Positions 1 through 14,000 of a DNA stretch of 64,000 bases are shown here, piece after piece. The notes under the pieces are model-generated. The model saw nothing but the letters and a program-made list of their open reading frames with translations. It did no database searches and was not told where the DNA came from. Each line of letters begins with the position of its first letter. The first letter of the stretch is position 1. The stretch lies in the NCBI RefSeq assembly GCF_009914755.1, contig NC_060936.1; one strand, 5' to 3'. Both the position numbers and the translations under genes were made by a program. The DNA is from the human T2T-CHM13v2.0 reference genome, Homo sapiens.

Positions 1-752
1 CTCTGGATTTCGGAGGCTCCCTGCACACAGCCAGGGTGTCTGAGGGAGTTCAGGGTCCTCTTGCTGCAACACAGAGCCCGTGGGATTGCTTTTGTGCGTC
101 ACAGGGAAAAGAGCCCTTTCTGTTGACAGACCCAGCCGTCCTGCCCATGATGAATTGCATCTCTACGAGGGGACTGCTGTTGTGGTTTTCCCTTCTCTCG
201 GAAGGTTCATCCCCAGGTCTCGTGGCACTTTAGAAAATGAACTGCTATAATTCCACGCTGAGCGCACAGCCCTCCACAACCAGGCCTCTTCACTCTAATA
301 TGGCTGCTGGTTTTGTCACTCAGGAGGCCAGCAGCTGGTAGCCTTGGTGGCTCCTCCCCATCAAGGGAGGCGCAGAAGCAAGGGAGGCGTTCCTGCTGGC
401 TGCCTCTTAAAGAAGGACTGCGGATGCTGATATTCCAGGGAGCCAGGAGGAACTGCAAGCCCGAGGGAGTGTGGAGGGGGGCGGAGCCTGCTGCAGTCAC
501 AGAGGGACACAGCAAGACCTAGGTCTGCTCCTGGAGCAGTACTTCCTCACTGGGTGCCTGAACTCAATGCTATTTATTTTAGTTTTGGTGATCCAATATC
601 TCCAACTTTCTAGAACAGTTTGTCTCTGCCTCTCTCAAACCCACCAGATCATCCCCTGCTCTGAAAATAGAAAAAGATGGTCCCTATGGCTGTAGGAGAT
701 TCATAATTTATCACTTCATGCTAATTCAATTTTATAACCATACATATGGTTT

Positions 753-1248
753 TCAGGTTATCTATGGCTGTGTGAAAACTTTAAAACTTAATGGATTTAA
801 AACTATAGCCAGTCTTTATGAGTCCTTTGTGGGTGAAGACATTGAGCAGGAATTGGCTGGTCAATTGTTCTGCTCCATGTGGCATTGGCTGGGGTCATTC
901 AGTGGCGTTCAGCTGGCAGCTGGACTGGCCTGGAGCATCTGACGGCTTCACTCATTCACCTGGGGCCTTGGTGGGACAGCTGGACTGCTGGGCTCACCTG
1001 GTCCTTCTGCCTCTCTTTGAGCCCCAAAGTGTCTCTCTAGCAGTGTAGTTGGATCTTTCACAGGGCAGCTCAGGGCCTGAAGACCAAGGCAGGACCTGCC
1101 AGTCCCCAAAGTAGCATAGCATCACTTCCACCACGCTCTACTGGTCAAAGTAGCCACAGGCCACCTCAACTCAGAGAAGGGGAAATAGAGGCCATTGCTC
1201 AATAGCAGGAGTGTCCTATAATTTGAAGCCATCTTTAATCTGCCACCA
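753..1248 (-). mobile_element. MaLR solo LTR, old MLT1 type (MLT1H/I/J/K-like)
   Basis: Antisense MLT1 hallmarks: ttatctatggctgtgt..aaacttaatgg near one end; ctactggtcaaagtagccacaggcc..aaggggaaataga near the other. Confidence 0.7.
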
Positions 1249-2961
1249 AAGTCCATTTATTGATGGAAATGATTTATCTCTATAGACAAGGGGTGTTCTT
1301 TTTCTTCCAGGCACACTCCTAACACTCCTAACAGAAAACTTTTCTTCAGTCCTGATGCGTGGGGGCCAATTCATCAGGAAGTTTTCCAAACCGTTTGAGG
1401 AGGTGTGGGTTATGCAGTGATCAGGGTATACACAAAACAAAACAACATTGCCTTTAATACACATCAGAATTGACAGTAATTCTTCTATGTTTTTCCCCTA
1501 CCTGGGTCATCCAGATGACCTTATCTCAGGTTACAAGTTGAATTTGGTAATAATAAATGGTTGCTTTGTATATCTAGTATGTAGAATTAATTCCCCTTTG
1601 TAGAGTTCCATATGGCCTGGCCACTGACCCAAGAGGATCATACTTTTTCAAAGACAGGATTCTCTAGTTTTCCTTTTAACTCTCTCAGTGAATGTTGACT
1701 GAGCATACACTACATGATGGTTATGGTGTGTGATTTTCTTTACACACACTTATTCTGTTATCTTTCAGGGCTTTGAGTGACCTTTGGTTCCCTGTAGGTA
1801 AACCCAGGATATCAGTGCAGATAGAGAACATACCAGGGCAGAACCCTAGGCCCTAGACTGTAGGAACTGTTTGGCAAAAATGTGAATCTCAGCAGCTGAA
1901 CTACCCTGGCAGATGGCAAGAGGAGATTCTGTCTCATAATTCAAGCACCAGAAAGTACTACTCTTTAGACCAGATGCACCTAGAGAAAGTTTCTGACAGG
2001 TGTACCTTGCTTGCCGTGGAAATGCAGAAGGCTCTTCTCTCGCAGGTTTGGGAATGTCTCCTTGAGGGCATTTGGGCTGGTTTCAAGCTGTCGCGTGACA
2101 TGGCCCATGGGTATCCTTGGCAGTTCCATTCTAAGTACTTCCAAAGTTCTCTGACAAGGCTAAAAACTCCTCATTCAACCAAAGATTCTTGCACATTATT
2201 TAAATAGGATGCAAATGCATGGTCTGCTCTGAGCCCTGGCAGCTTTCAATTTTTATATTTTCAGAACGGTGAGGCCTGCCATCAGTTCACTTGAAGTTCA
2301 GTCCAAGATGTGCCTGTCCCTGACATTTGTTCATTCTTTATGAAGGTAACATTTTGAAGAATTTAAAAAGAAATCATCTTTGTACTCCATTCCCTACCAC
2401 CCTCCAAAACAAATTTTAAAAAATATCAGACATTTGTTGCATGCATAATAGCTGGAACGTGACTAACTTCTTTCCCACTGCCTGAATTTCCAAGTTGGAT
2501 TCTATAATCCCTCTCTTTGGCAATTCCTGGTCTATTTCGTTTCTGATATTTCAGTGATAGGAACTGCCTCTTTGACCCAAGGGATTAGGCTCATAAGAGC
2601 ATGAGCAGATTCTGTCAGATGGTTGAGCCTGGCTGCTGTTAGGATGAATGGCAGGGGATCAAGCCCGCCAGTGACAATGCAGAGAGTGAGTGCAGAGGGA
2701 GGGATGATTCTTCCCTTTGTGCTCCTTCCCTCCTGTCACAGTGTGAGTCTTGAGCCCATTCACTCACAAGCTGAGCACACAGCTTAGAACTGACAGAAGT
2801 CCCACCTTCTTTGCACCTGGGATCTGTGGGGAAGGGAGGCCTGCATGAAAGACAAAACCACAGGCCGAGGAGCAGAGAAAGAATGGACTCAGGGAAGTAC
2901 TGTGTGGGTGGCATTTCCTCTCCGCAGGCTGCAGGTGCCTCTCAGGCTCTTCCAATTCAGC

Positions 2962-2993
<32 letters not shown>

Positions 2994-3106
2994 ACAGAAA
3001 AAGCATATATATATCTATATGACTGTATATATACATAAATATATATATATATGCTCTCTCTATACATACTGTGTGTGTTTATGTAGATATATACACATAC
3101 ATACAC
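2962..3106. repeat. (TG)n microsatellite followed by TA/CA-rich low-complexity tract
   Basis: Directly visible. Confidence 0.95.
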
Positions 3107-3207
3107 TTTCCATATTATGGCTAGTCCAGAGAGAAAGAAACGAGAAAGGGATAAGGAAAATAAAGAAGCGAGAAAGGAAAGAAAAAGAAGGAAAAAGTAT
3201 ATAGAAA

Positions 3208-3640
3208 ATGTGGTGTGGCATACTGGTAACTGTTCCTCCAAAGCTCCAACGTCTCTTTGCCCTTTCTTCCTGGACATGCATCCATCCCACTGGAAACTAC
3301 ATTTCCCAGCCTTTCCGGTGGTGAGGCAGGGCCTTGTGACTCCACTCTCACCAATGGAGGTGAGTGGAATTGACATGTGCAGTTCCAGCTTTGCCTACCC
3401 AAATCAAAAGCAGTGCCTTTGGAGTCTCTCCTTGGGCTCCTTGTGTTCTGGAATGCTGACTGTGTTAGCTCAGCTTGGACCACCAAGAAGTATGAAAGGA
3501 AAGAAACCTGGGTCCCTGAGTGAGCTTGTGGAGCAGAAGAGTTGCTCTGCTAGCCAAGACTGGCACTAGACTGCTCCGTGAGACAGAAAGAAACCATCAT
3601 ATTTAAGTTAATTGTATTTTAGTATCTCTTTATTGTAGCA
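3208..3640 (+). mobile_element. MaLR solo LTR (MLT1J-like)
   Basis: actacatttcccagcct, aagaaacctgggtccctgagtgagcttgtggagcaga and ttattgtagca are typical MLT1J segments. Confidence 0.7.
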
Positions 3641-4112
3641 CAGAGAGCTATGATCTGTAAAGAAGGGAAGAGGAAGAGGAAAAACTGAGCACTTATGAAA
3701 AGGAATTTTAATGTAGTGACACATAGTTTAGTGTCTGTGGATGACACTAAGAAAACAGAGAGAATAAGAGAAAATGAGCTGGTAACATGGAGGACAATTG
3801 ATGAGAGGGCAGCTGCTGGAGGGTGCTGGGGAAATATTGAGACTGCTGCCCACTTCTCCCAGGCCTTACCTGACGACCATGCCATCTCCTACAGTGCTTT
3901 TAGGTTATTAGATCTTCCGTGTTTACCTGAATGTCTCAAAAGGATGAAGATGACCAAGTTAGAGGCATAGGTGTTGGTAAAGTAACAGTGTGATAATCGA
4001 TTGTAATAATTCTCCAGTGGAATAGGTGGCTTACAAAGCAACAAACGCCCATCTCTGAGTGTGCTCAAGAGAGGTTGCACGACCACTTCTTGTGGATGAT
4101 CCCTATGTTGAC

Positions 4113-4205
4113 CGGGCAGGCAGAGGTTGCAGTGAGCTGAAATCACGCCACTGCACTCCAGCCTGGCAACAGAGTGAGACTCCACCTCAAAAAATAAAAA
4201 GAATA
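4113..4205 (+). mobile_element. 5'-truncated Alu (3' part of right arm)
   Basis: ggcagaggttgcagtgagctgaaatcacgccactgcactccagcctggcaacagagtgagactcc followed by an A-rich tail. Confidence 0.9.
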
Positions 4206-4230
4206 ATTTCTAAAGTTGTATCCAACTTGA

Positions 4231-4560
<330 letters not shown>

Positions 4561-6249
4561 AGAAAGTTGAGTAACTTCTTAAAGGCTATGTGAATTATTT
4601 TCATTTCACATCACTATTCACTTGAGCAGTGAGATTTACACACTTATCAGCTCTTACGCTTGCTCTTTAAACATCCCCAGTAACTGGCTGCAACTTTCTT
4701 TTTTCCCCATGTAAATCATAAGCTCATCATGAGCTGTGTTTTCCCTATACACTGTACCAAAATACTAGTTTCATGGTTTTGCATTCAGTGGCAACCTCAG
4801 ATGTGCTACCTGACAGGGTAAGGCCAGCTGCCTAAGCCTATGCAGTATGCTTTTAGACTTGCTGGGAGGTCCGCAGTCATGAAAATATATTTCTCACCAA
4901 CAGAATCACAGATACCTGAAATTCAGCCACCAGCATTCATTCCTTTGTATTACCCAAGGTTCTTTCTGAGCAGCTCTTTCTGAAAACACAATTGCCCATT
5001 GACAGGGCATAACATTCAATGCATATATGGGAAAGGGGGAATGTTTAAAGAGGAGGTTGACAGTGGAGAAAAAAATCTCTATCTGTGGCTCTTGATCCCA
5101 TAGCCATCTTTGTGTCTGTTGCTGATATAGGAGAAACACAAGGCAGCCCCTCTGTGGTCTTTATTTTCTTCACCCCATGACTTCCAAGCACATTCATCTC
5201 CCAGACCAGTACATGATGAAGAGCTGATGGGAATGTGTGGCCAAGAGAGCCAGCTGGCTGCTTGGCTTGGCCAGACCTCCCTTTCCTTACCTAGAGCTGC
5301 TCTGGGCCCTGGATCCCCACACATAATCTTTTACCTCTCGGTGTTCGACCAGTTGGCCAGGCCGGTGCTCCTCGTTCCTTTTATGCACAGGTCATCTGAG
5401 GAGAAAGGGGACTCAGGACAGGTAGTTTTTTGGGGGGGAGGAAAGGGGGGGTTTCTTGGATATGAAACAAGAGACTGTCTGGAAGTTCAGTCATTGATGG
5501 AGGACCTGAATCACTTGCGATAGCAGAAGGTCACCTGGCAATTGACAGAGGGTGAGGGTGGGAGGCTGCAGGGAAAATAAAAGAGGAGAAAGATGGTAAG
5601 CAATTCATTGGGATGTGCCTCAATATGGATACTAGGATTCAAACTTAGAAATGTCTATTTATACATTTTTAGGGCACTTTTGACTTTCTGTCATGATATC
5701 CTTGAGTCTTCAAAGCTGGAAGTTTCCTGACATGAGAGGAGGATTTGGTTTTATTCTCAGCCTCTCCAGATAATACAAAACTTTGATTTTATATTAGGCT
5801 GTCACCTACCTTGTGCAGAGAAATAGGCAAGAAATACATTCCTGTTAAAAAAATAAAAAGAAGATTATAGCTTGCTTAGAGAAGAAGGGAAGAGAGGAGA
5901 AGATGAGGAATCACAGCAGAATCCTGCATCTAAAGTGGGCGGAGGGTTGGGAGTTGCGGCGAAGAGGCTGACAAAAAAAAAATAGAAAGAAAGAAAAAGA
6001 AGAAATAAAGAGCCTGATCCTTCTCAGGATCTAGGCTGACAACTCACAGTCCTAATGCACCTTAAGGGTTAATGTGCAAATCTGGGTGTTGTACTGAAGA
6101 GGCTGAATTGAATGCATGGGACTCTCACGAGCTTGGTTCTGAAACTTGGCTCACTGGGGTCGGCTTATTACTGAGAAGGTGTTGAGAAGCCTGACAGAAC
6201 ATCTGCCTGATAATTTTTAAGTCCATGCTTAAACTTTCGATCACCCAGT

Positions 6250-6790
6250 TGACTATGAACTCCTTGAGGGAGAAAATGGAGGACATGTCTGTTTATTTTG
6301 TCCTCAGTGCTTAGCTTGATATCTTGAACATGGTAGAAGCTCAAGGCAGGGCGAGTGCTACTTACCAAATATTTGCTCTTAGCTGCCCACGTTTCCCAGC
6401 CTCCATGTTGTTAGGTGGTGCCATGTGACTCATCCGATCAACCAGCTGGGGAGCAGAAGGGATGAGTGTCACTTCTAGGTTGAAGCCTAACAGAGCTGAT
6501 GAGAGACCCTCCACCACCAGCTCTTCCCTTGCACACCAGAAGGTCGTGTGCTCCAGGCCTGCAAAGTTGTGAGATGGGGTATGGAGTGTTGCCCTCCCAC
6601 TAACTCATGCTGGAAATGTAGCCTAAGTGACAAATAAGCATTTGTTGTTCTGAATGTTTGCCACTTTGGAGTTATTTGTTACTGCAGGATAATTTAAATG
6701 ATCCTGACTGCTAGAGTATTCAATAGATTTTGTTCAAAAATGAATGAATGAATGAATGAATGAATGAATGAATGAATAAATGAATGAATG
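6250..6790 (+). mobile_element. L2 3' end split by an MLT1 LTR, ending in an expanded (TGAA)n tail
   Basis: actatgaactccttgaggg...cctcagtgcttagc...catggtagaagctcaa, resuming after the LTR as tcaatagattttgttc..(tgaa)n at 6740-6790. Confidence 0.65.
6345..6714 (+). mobile_element. MaLR solo LTR (MLT1I-like)
   Basis: tttcccagcctcc..ggtgccatgtgact..gtgtcacttctagg..ttatttgttactgcag..atcctgactg. Confidence 0.65.
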
Positions 6791-6979
6791 GGCTAAGCTG
6801 ATAAATGTAGAGCAACTGATAGGATTTCCTATTTGGAAACCCCACAGCTTTTTACCCTTTTTTTTCCCATCAAGGTCTTAGTTCTTTGGGAATTAACACC
6901 ATTCTGTCTTCCCTAACAATACCATGAGGTCTTTTGGGGAAGGAGGTAAATGTTGGACATAATAAATTACACCAAACCC

Positions 6980-7930
<951 letters not shown>

Positions 7931-9461
7931 CTCTTTGGACCCAGCTGCCTGAGGTTTGGAGCCTTCCACCCCCATCATGGCAATCTGTCTTGAGCTTACC
8001 TCCCCTAACAAACATACTGATTTAGCATGAGCCAAATCAGTATCCCATCTGCCTCTGGGTCCCAGCACCCTTTGGGAAGCTCCTTGGCATTTCTCTAGGA
8101 GGCTGGCAGAGGTCTTCCCTGGGGCCTTGGATGGTCTCAACATCCCTAGACTGCCTGCTTCATACCAGACACTTGAAGGAGCTCTTAATATATCCTGGTA
8201 TTTTTCCAAACTCTTTCTTTCCCTGCTTCTATTCTCTATGCTCAAGATAAAACACACAACCATCTTAATAGACAGCAAAATTTCACTTCTGATGTAGTTT
8301 GAATTGAATTGTTTTGCAAGTCTTTTACAAAGGGTTTTGAACGCATAGGGCAATTGGTACTACATACGTTTATGTAGTATTTTCTTGTTTGTTTTATATC
8401 AGGGTAAAAGTGAATTTCTGTGACAAATTGGGTAGCTTTCCATCTTTTCTCTATTTTTACTGCATAGTAAAATAATAAATTCCAGATGGATTAAATAATT
8501 AAATCGTTGCATTTCTCAGATAAACTCATTGAACTGGATTCTTCTTTTAACTTACTGCATGCCTGAATTAGACTCATGAGAAAGTCAGAGGATTCTCTCC
8601 TGGACAGATACATTTTTGGGGGGATGTGTTTTGGAGGGGTATAAGAAGAAGTGAACAAAGGTATGACGTAATGTGCACAGCTTCAGTGGGTACTTCGGGG
8701 GCAGGTAATAACATTAGAGGTGACAAAACAGAACCTCTCTCTATGTGTGCACATTTGTGCCCATCCAGCATGGTTCAGCGATGCTAGAGATGGATTCAGC
8801 CTGCTTCACAGATTTACCTCTAGAAGAAAAAACCAAAATGAGAAGAAAAAAAAAAAAACCTGCCTTTATCCCATGTCTTTGATCAGCCTTAGGGCTGGGG
8901 CTAGGTCAGGCCTGAGAATGCTTCCGCCTCCTTCTCCTTCCCTAAAGATGGCAATGTGACAGGCTCCAGAGTTCAGTTTGGCAAAACCCCTCCTTCCCAG
9001 CATCATGCCCTGACAACCTGGCTCTGTCCTCCAGCCATTGCCATGGAGAGACATAGATCAGGCCCTTTGGAGAGGGAGGGTTTGCAGCCAAGGCATTTAT
9101 GCCCCCCGGGGCTCCCTTCTGTCATCCCTCCTGCTCTGCACGGCAACAGCACTGCTCCGCGCCCACTGCCTGTGGGCATGGCCTCCCTAATTTGACATTG
9201 GGGGCTCCTCGCATCGGTTTTCATGGGGGGTTGAGGCTGGCAGCAGGTAGTGTCCAGGAGGATGCTGATGCTGGAAGGCTGGAGACATGTAGGAGATGGG
9301 GTGTCACTTGCAGTCTCTGCAAGAAGCCCAGTCAGCAGGTCTATGGCTCGCCAACAGCAGCCACGTGTGAGAACCAGCAGAAAGGCGGAAGGTGGGTTGG
9401 CAAGAACCGAGGGGGCAGCTTACAGATAAAAACCACTGCCATCGGGGAGCCTTGTACATTG

Positions 9462-9640
9462 TACAAAGCACTTTTCCATTTGTCATCTAACAACCCTGGG
9501 AGGCAGGCAAGCGAGGCAGACATAATTAATCTCACTGTACAGATGATGAAATGGAGGCTCAAAAGAAATCCCAGCTGAATAGGAGGTAGAGCTGGGAGTT
9601 GAACCCTGATCTTCTGACTCAAATTTTCATGCTCCATTGT
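9462..9640 (-). mobile_element. MIR SINE
   Basis: aacaaccctgggagg..tacagatgatgaaatggaggctca..gagctgggagttgaaccc..tctgactc. Confidence 0.75.
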
Positions 9641-9932
9641 GCTAAGCTCCTGCCCCTTTTCTTTCTATTCTTTCCCAAGTAGCCTACTTCTTTCTTGAAA
9701 TCCACATTCCCCCACGTGAGAAAGTCCAGGCTCTTCTCTTCTCTGACCCTCCCTTTTCTTGTACATACCTTTTCCCAGTATGATCAGAAAATTATTCATA
9801 CTAAAATGTGTATGGTTTTGCAGTGCTGTTCCAATCAGAAATATTTACATTGTAACTAATAAAGAAAAAGCCTTACATGAAAAGAATGAAATACTAATGA
9901 GAAAGCTTTAAGCATTAGAAAGCATAATTTCG

Positions 9933-10208
<276 letters not shown>

Positions 10209-10213
<5 letters not shown>

Positions 10214-10330
10214 GAGAGAAGGAAGGAAGGAAGGAAGGAAGGAAAGAAGGAAGGAAAGAAAGAAAGGAAGGAAGAAAGAAAGAGAGAAAGGGAGAAAGGG
10301 GGAAGGAAAGAAGGAAGGAAGGAAAGAAAG

Positions 10331-10361
<31 letters not shown>

Positions 10362-10420
10362 GAGAAAGGAAGGAAGGAAGGAAGAAAGAAAGAGAGAGAG
10401 AGAAAGAAAGAAAGAAAGAG
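10209..10420. repeat. Polypurine compound microsatellite (GGAA)n/(GAAA)n/(GA)n derived from the Alu tail
   Basis: About 210 bp of only A and G directly after the Alu. Confidence 0.97.
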
Positions 10421-11879
10421 CTTTTGAGGGAACGGGGTCTTATGGTTCCTCCCAGACCAGGCCCAGGTTAATTGCTTCTCAGGCTGACCCAGAGCTACTC
10501 TCCATCTTCATCAGGGATCAGACAAGGGGTAGAGCCAGAAAGTTAGGACAGAAAGAAAAGAAAGGTCCCATTGCTGCACAGTCAAGCTTGCCAAGATATT
10601 AGGAGTTTGCTCTACAGCTCCCGGGGCACTTCCGGAAGCTTCATTTGAGGCCTGACTAGAGAAGTCCAGTCCAGGAGCACAGTGTGCTCCACTCTGCTCT
10701 CTGCCCTGTCTTCTTACCTCAAAAACCAAGGTTCAGAGAGCCTCCCCAGAAGCCGAGTCCGACTAGGGGGAGTGGCTCATCACCAGAGCTGAGCCTAGAT
10801 CTGCATGGCATGGCCATTTCTACTCCAGCTCGGGCCCTTCATGCACCACTGTGCCCACAGTTATCTGGCCTCAGAGACTGGGGATGCTGAGCCAAAGGAA
10901 TTGCAGAGGGCATGCTGGCTTTGGGATCGATTCCTTACCCTGGGTGGTGATGGTGAAGGATATACTGGCAGAACTTTGCTTGGAAGACAACTGTGACCTG
11001 CTTCTTTGAAAGCTATCCCCTCTGTGTGTGTGCCATGTTTGTAAATGTGCTAATTTCAATGCCTCAGCAAAAGGTCCTGAGCATGCAACAGAAGAATAAA
11101 CATGAAAAGGTCTCCCTGAGTGGTCATTCTGTTGGTGAGGGGCTGCCTCTGGTTCCTGCCAGGCTTGTGGGCTGTCCTGCCTGGACTGTGTCCTGTTCTG
11201 TAGAAGAAGGGGAGGGAGCAGCAAGATACCAAATATATATTCTGGGCAACAACTTGCAAATGGTTTAATGTTTTCCAAATGCAGGGCTGCTGCGGAGGGC
11301 CTGTGTTTTATGACATGAGGCTATTTATTATAGGTTTGTGATACGGGCCAATCATTTCCTGCTCCAAAATAACAACGTGGGCTTGACCCAGGCACCCAGA
11401 ACTGAAGCCAGAAAAAGAGTAAACAAAACCTTGTTGGGACGGCCAGCAGAGGGCTTGGGATAGATATTTAGGGGTCCTCCAGGGCTTTGTCAATTCTCCA
11501 GTTTTTATTCTTCTCAAAACTTCACCCACTTCATCTTCATTTGACCTCAGACTCTTAGATCTTGCACCCATTTGAAAGAATAAACAGTTAATCAACCTGA
11601 AAAGAACAAAACATTATCTTCTTCCATTATCCTGATGCCAAGTCTGCAGATGTGAGTATGAACACAGTTGTGTCTGTAGCTGAGCTGAGCTCCTGGCATA
11701 GATATCGCCTTGGCTGTACATTCTAGTTCCTGCAGGGAATTCTACTCTTTAGGTAAAAATAGCTTTCTAAGAAAAAGGTTAAAGGTAAGTGTAACTTGCA
11801 ACCCATGGTCTTCCGTAGTCTATAATACCCTATGGTACATTTTGCTTAGACATATAGTCAGGACAAAATTTTTATTTTA

Positions 11880-11990
11880 TTTCAATGTACAGATGAGGAA
11901 ACTGAGGCTCAGAGAGAGAGAGACGAAGCGGACTGTTCCTAATCATACAGCCAGCAGGAGCCCAGCCTCGGTCTCTCTGATACCAAATCC
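11880..11990 (-). mobile_element. MIR fragment
   Basis: Core tacagatgaggaaactgaggctcagagag. Confidence 0.8.
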
Positions 11991-12319
11991 CACAAACCAT
12001 TTATTCCCTAGGGATTAATCTTTTCTTCTAATATGTTGCGGGGGCAGGGACAGGAACAAATTTGCTGTAGGATATAGAGAATTAAGAGGAGAAGAGAAAA
12101 TAAACCTGAGTTAGGAGGAGGACTCTAAAACTGGGGTCTGGAGAGCAGCTTGCACTACAAGAGGCAGAATGAGAGGTGAGTGATCCAGGACACACAAGCA
12201 TCAGTTGCAGAGTTTCTTGGGGCTGGTCTAGATCATTTGACATTAATACTGGGCATGGGTATAAGTGTCCCTTTTTTGCTTGTTTGTTCTTAAACAAAAG
12301 TAATGTGCAATGTTGACAT

Positions 12320-12410
12320 AGGAGAGCCCAGGGTCGTGAGTCAGGAAGCCTGAGTTTGGTTGTGGACTCTGCCAACAGCCTGCCGTATGACCTTGAGTAA
12401 GTTAACAAGG
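12320..12410 (+). mobile_element. MIR fragment
   Basis: gagtcaggaagcctgagtt..ctctgcca..tatgaccttgagtaagtta. Confidence 0.65.
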
Positions 12411-13774
12411 GATCTCCATTACCTGGACTGGAGTGGGAAGGTCAGAAATAATCTGTGAGGCTGGAGCCCTCAGACTGTCTGTGGATCTCTGCTCCTGGCT
12501 GAGAGAAGAGGCCTTGGGGACAGGCATGGGCTCATAACTTCTACAGGGGAGAGAGAAAAACAGTCACGGGGCTCCCCTGGTCACTTTGATGCACAAGTCC
12601 TGGGCTTGGCGGAGACAACCGGAGAGCTGTAAATAGCCCCGTGGGTCTCGAGGGATCAGCGGGGACTCCTCCACAGGATCTCTAAATTGAGCAGCTGTGG
12701 GAGGTGCAGACTCGCGCCCTGCTGGCAGGATGAGGGTCACCGGGGCTGAAGGCTGGGAAAGGCCCCGTGTCATCGATTGGGAAGATCATAATCTCATGCA
12801 TTTGTCTACTGCCTTCTTATGATCCCTTCTCCTTTGATCCCACACATCCCCATCCTCGGAGGGCAGGGGGCTAGTGGCGTTCTATTTTCTTGTGGAGTGA
12901 TGGCCTGGAAAATATAATGTACGGGAGATGTAATGGTGACCCACCGACCTGGCCGGGATGCCTTGCTTCCCCTTCCTCCCACACCTACACACACGTGCAC
13001 ACGTTGAGAGAGACTGAGTCAAGAGAGTGTACTCTCATTCCTCCTGGGCTTCACTTGGTTCTCAGATGGGATATCTGTAGTAGCATTCAGCCTCGTATTC
13101 ACCTTCACCTCTTACAATGCAGTTGAGAAGGAAGGTAGGCGTGCTGTAAGACTTGGTGACAATTGCAAGTAGAGGTTGACAAACACTCTGCTTACCTGGC
13201 TCTAGACAGTAGAGGAAACCCCAAATGTGGTTTAGTCATGTTTAGCACTTTGGGGGAGTTTGCCAAGGGCTGAAGGAAGCCGAACTGCTCTTTCCCACCT
13301 TTCTTCTTGTTTATTCCTCCTCCTCAGCAGAGACTGCTCCCCCACCCCCAAACATCACACAGTCCATTTTCTGCAGCGCCTCAACTTTTTGGTTCAACAT
13401 GACCCTCACGACCCTCTTTCATCTCCTCTGGACAACCTCAACCTAGAAGAAAACAGTTTACATGGACAGCCTGCTCATCCCCAGAACGAGGTGCCAGTCA
13501 TCACTCGCTATGTTTGCTGTAGTATTTCTCTGGAGGAGGAATAGTGCCAGAAGTGCTCCATGAAGGGTAGGGTGTGGGTTGAGGAAGCTGGCAACTCCCG
13601 GATATCAATGTATGAATGCTAAACATGGCCTGGAAGTAAAATCAGATGAAGAAAATCATATGTATAAAGTACTTTACACTGCAAGGAATAATTTTCTGAG
13701 CTCTGGGGGTAAGGGTTAGAACCCCAGGGAAACGTGCTCCAGCAACAATCGCTTCCTAGGGAGGGTTTATCCAG

Positions 13775-14000
13775 TTCCCAATGTTTGTTTACTTTGTTCT
13801 TTCTCAGCCTTCTTGCTCATCCTCCCTAAAACTTTCAACAAGAAGCCAAGGAACATAACCAAAATCTCAGGGCAAACTGCACCTTTGCTCATCAAGTGTC
13901 TCTTGCCAGACACCAGCCTCATTAATGATTCTGGGGCAATTAGTACCAACCAACACAAGCAGTGTGGAGTGGACCAGATCTGCCACAGACTCTGCCCCCC
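13775..14000. repeat. Copy 1 of an ancient ~225-bp local direct duplication (partner 15982-16204)
   Basis: Colinear shared blocks such as acaagaagc, ccaaaatctc, ctttgctcatcaag, tgccagacaccag, gtaccaaccaa and gtggaccag. Confidence 0.85.

Noticed and set aside
4040-4100. Possible L3/CR1 3' fragment (also a weak resemblance near 45830-45990)
   Set aside because: Too short and diverged to call by eye
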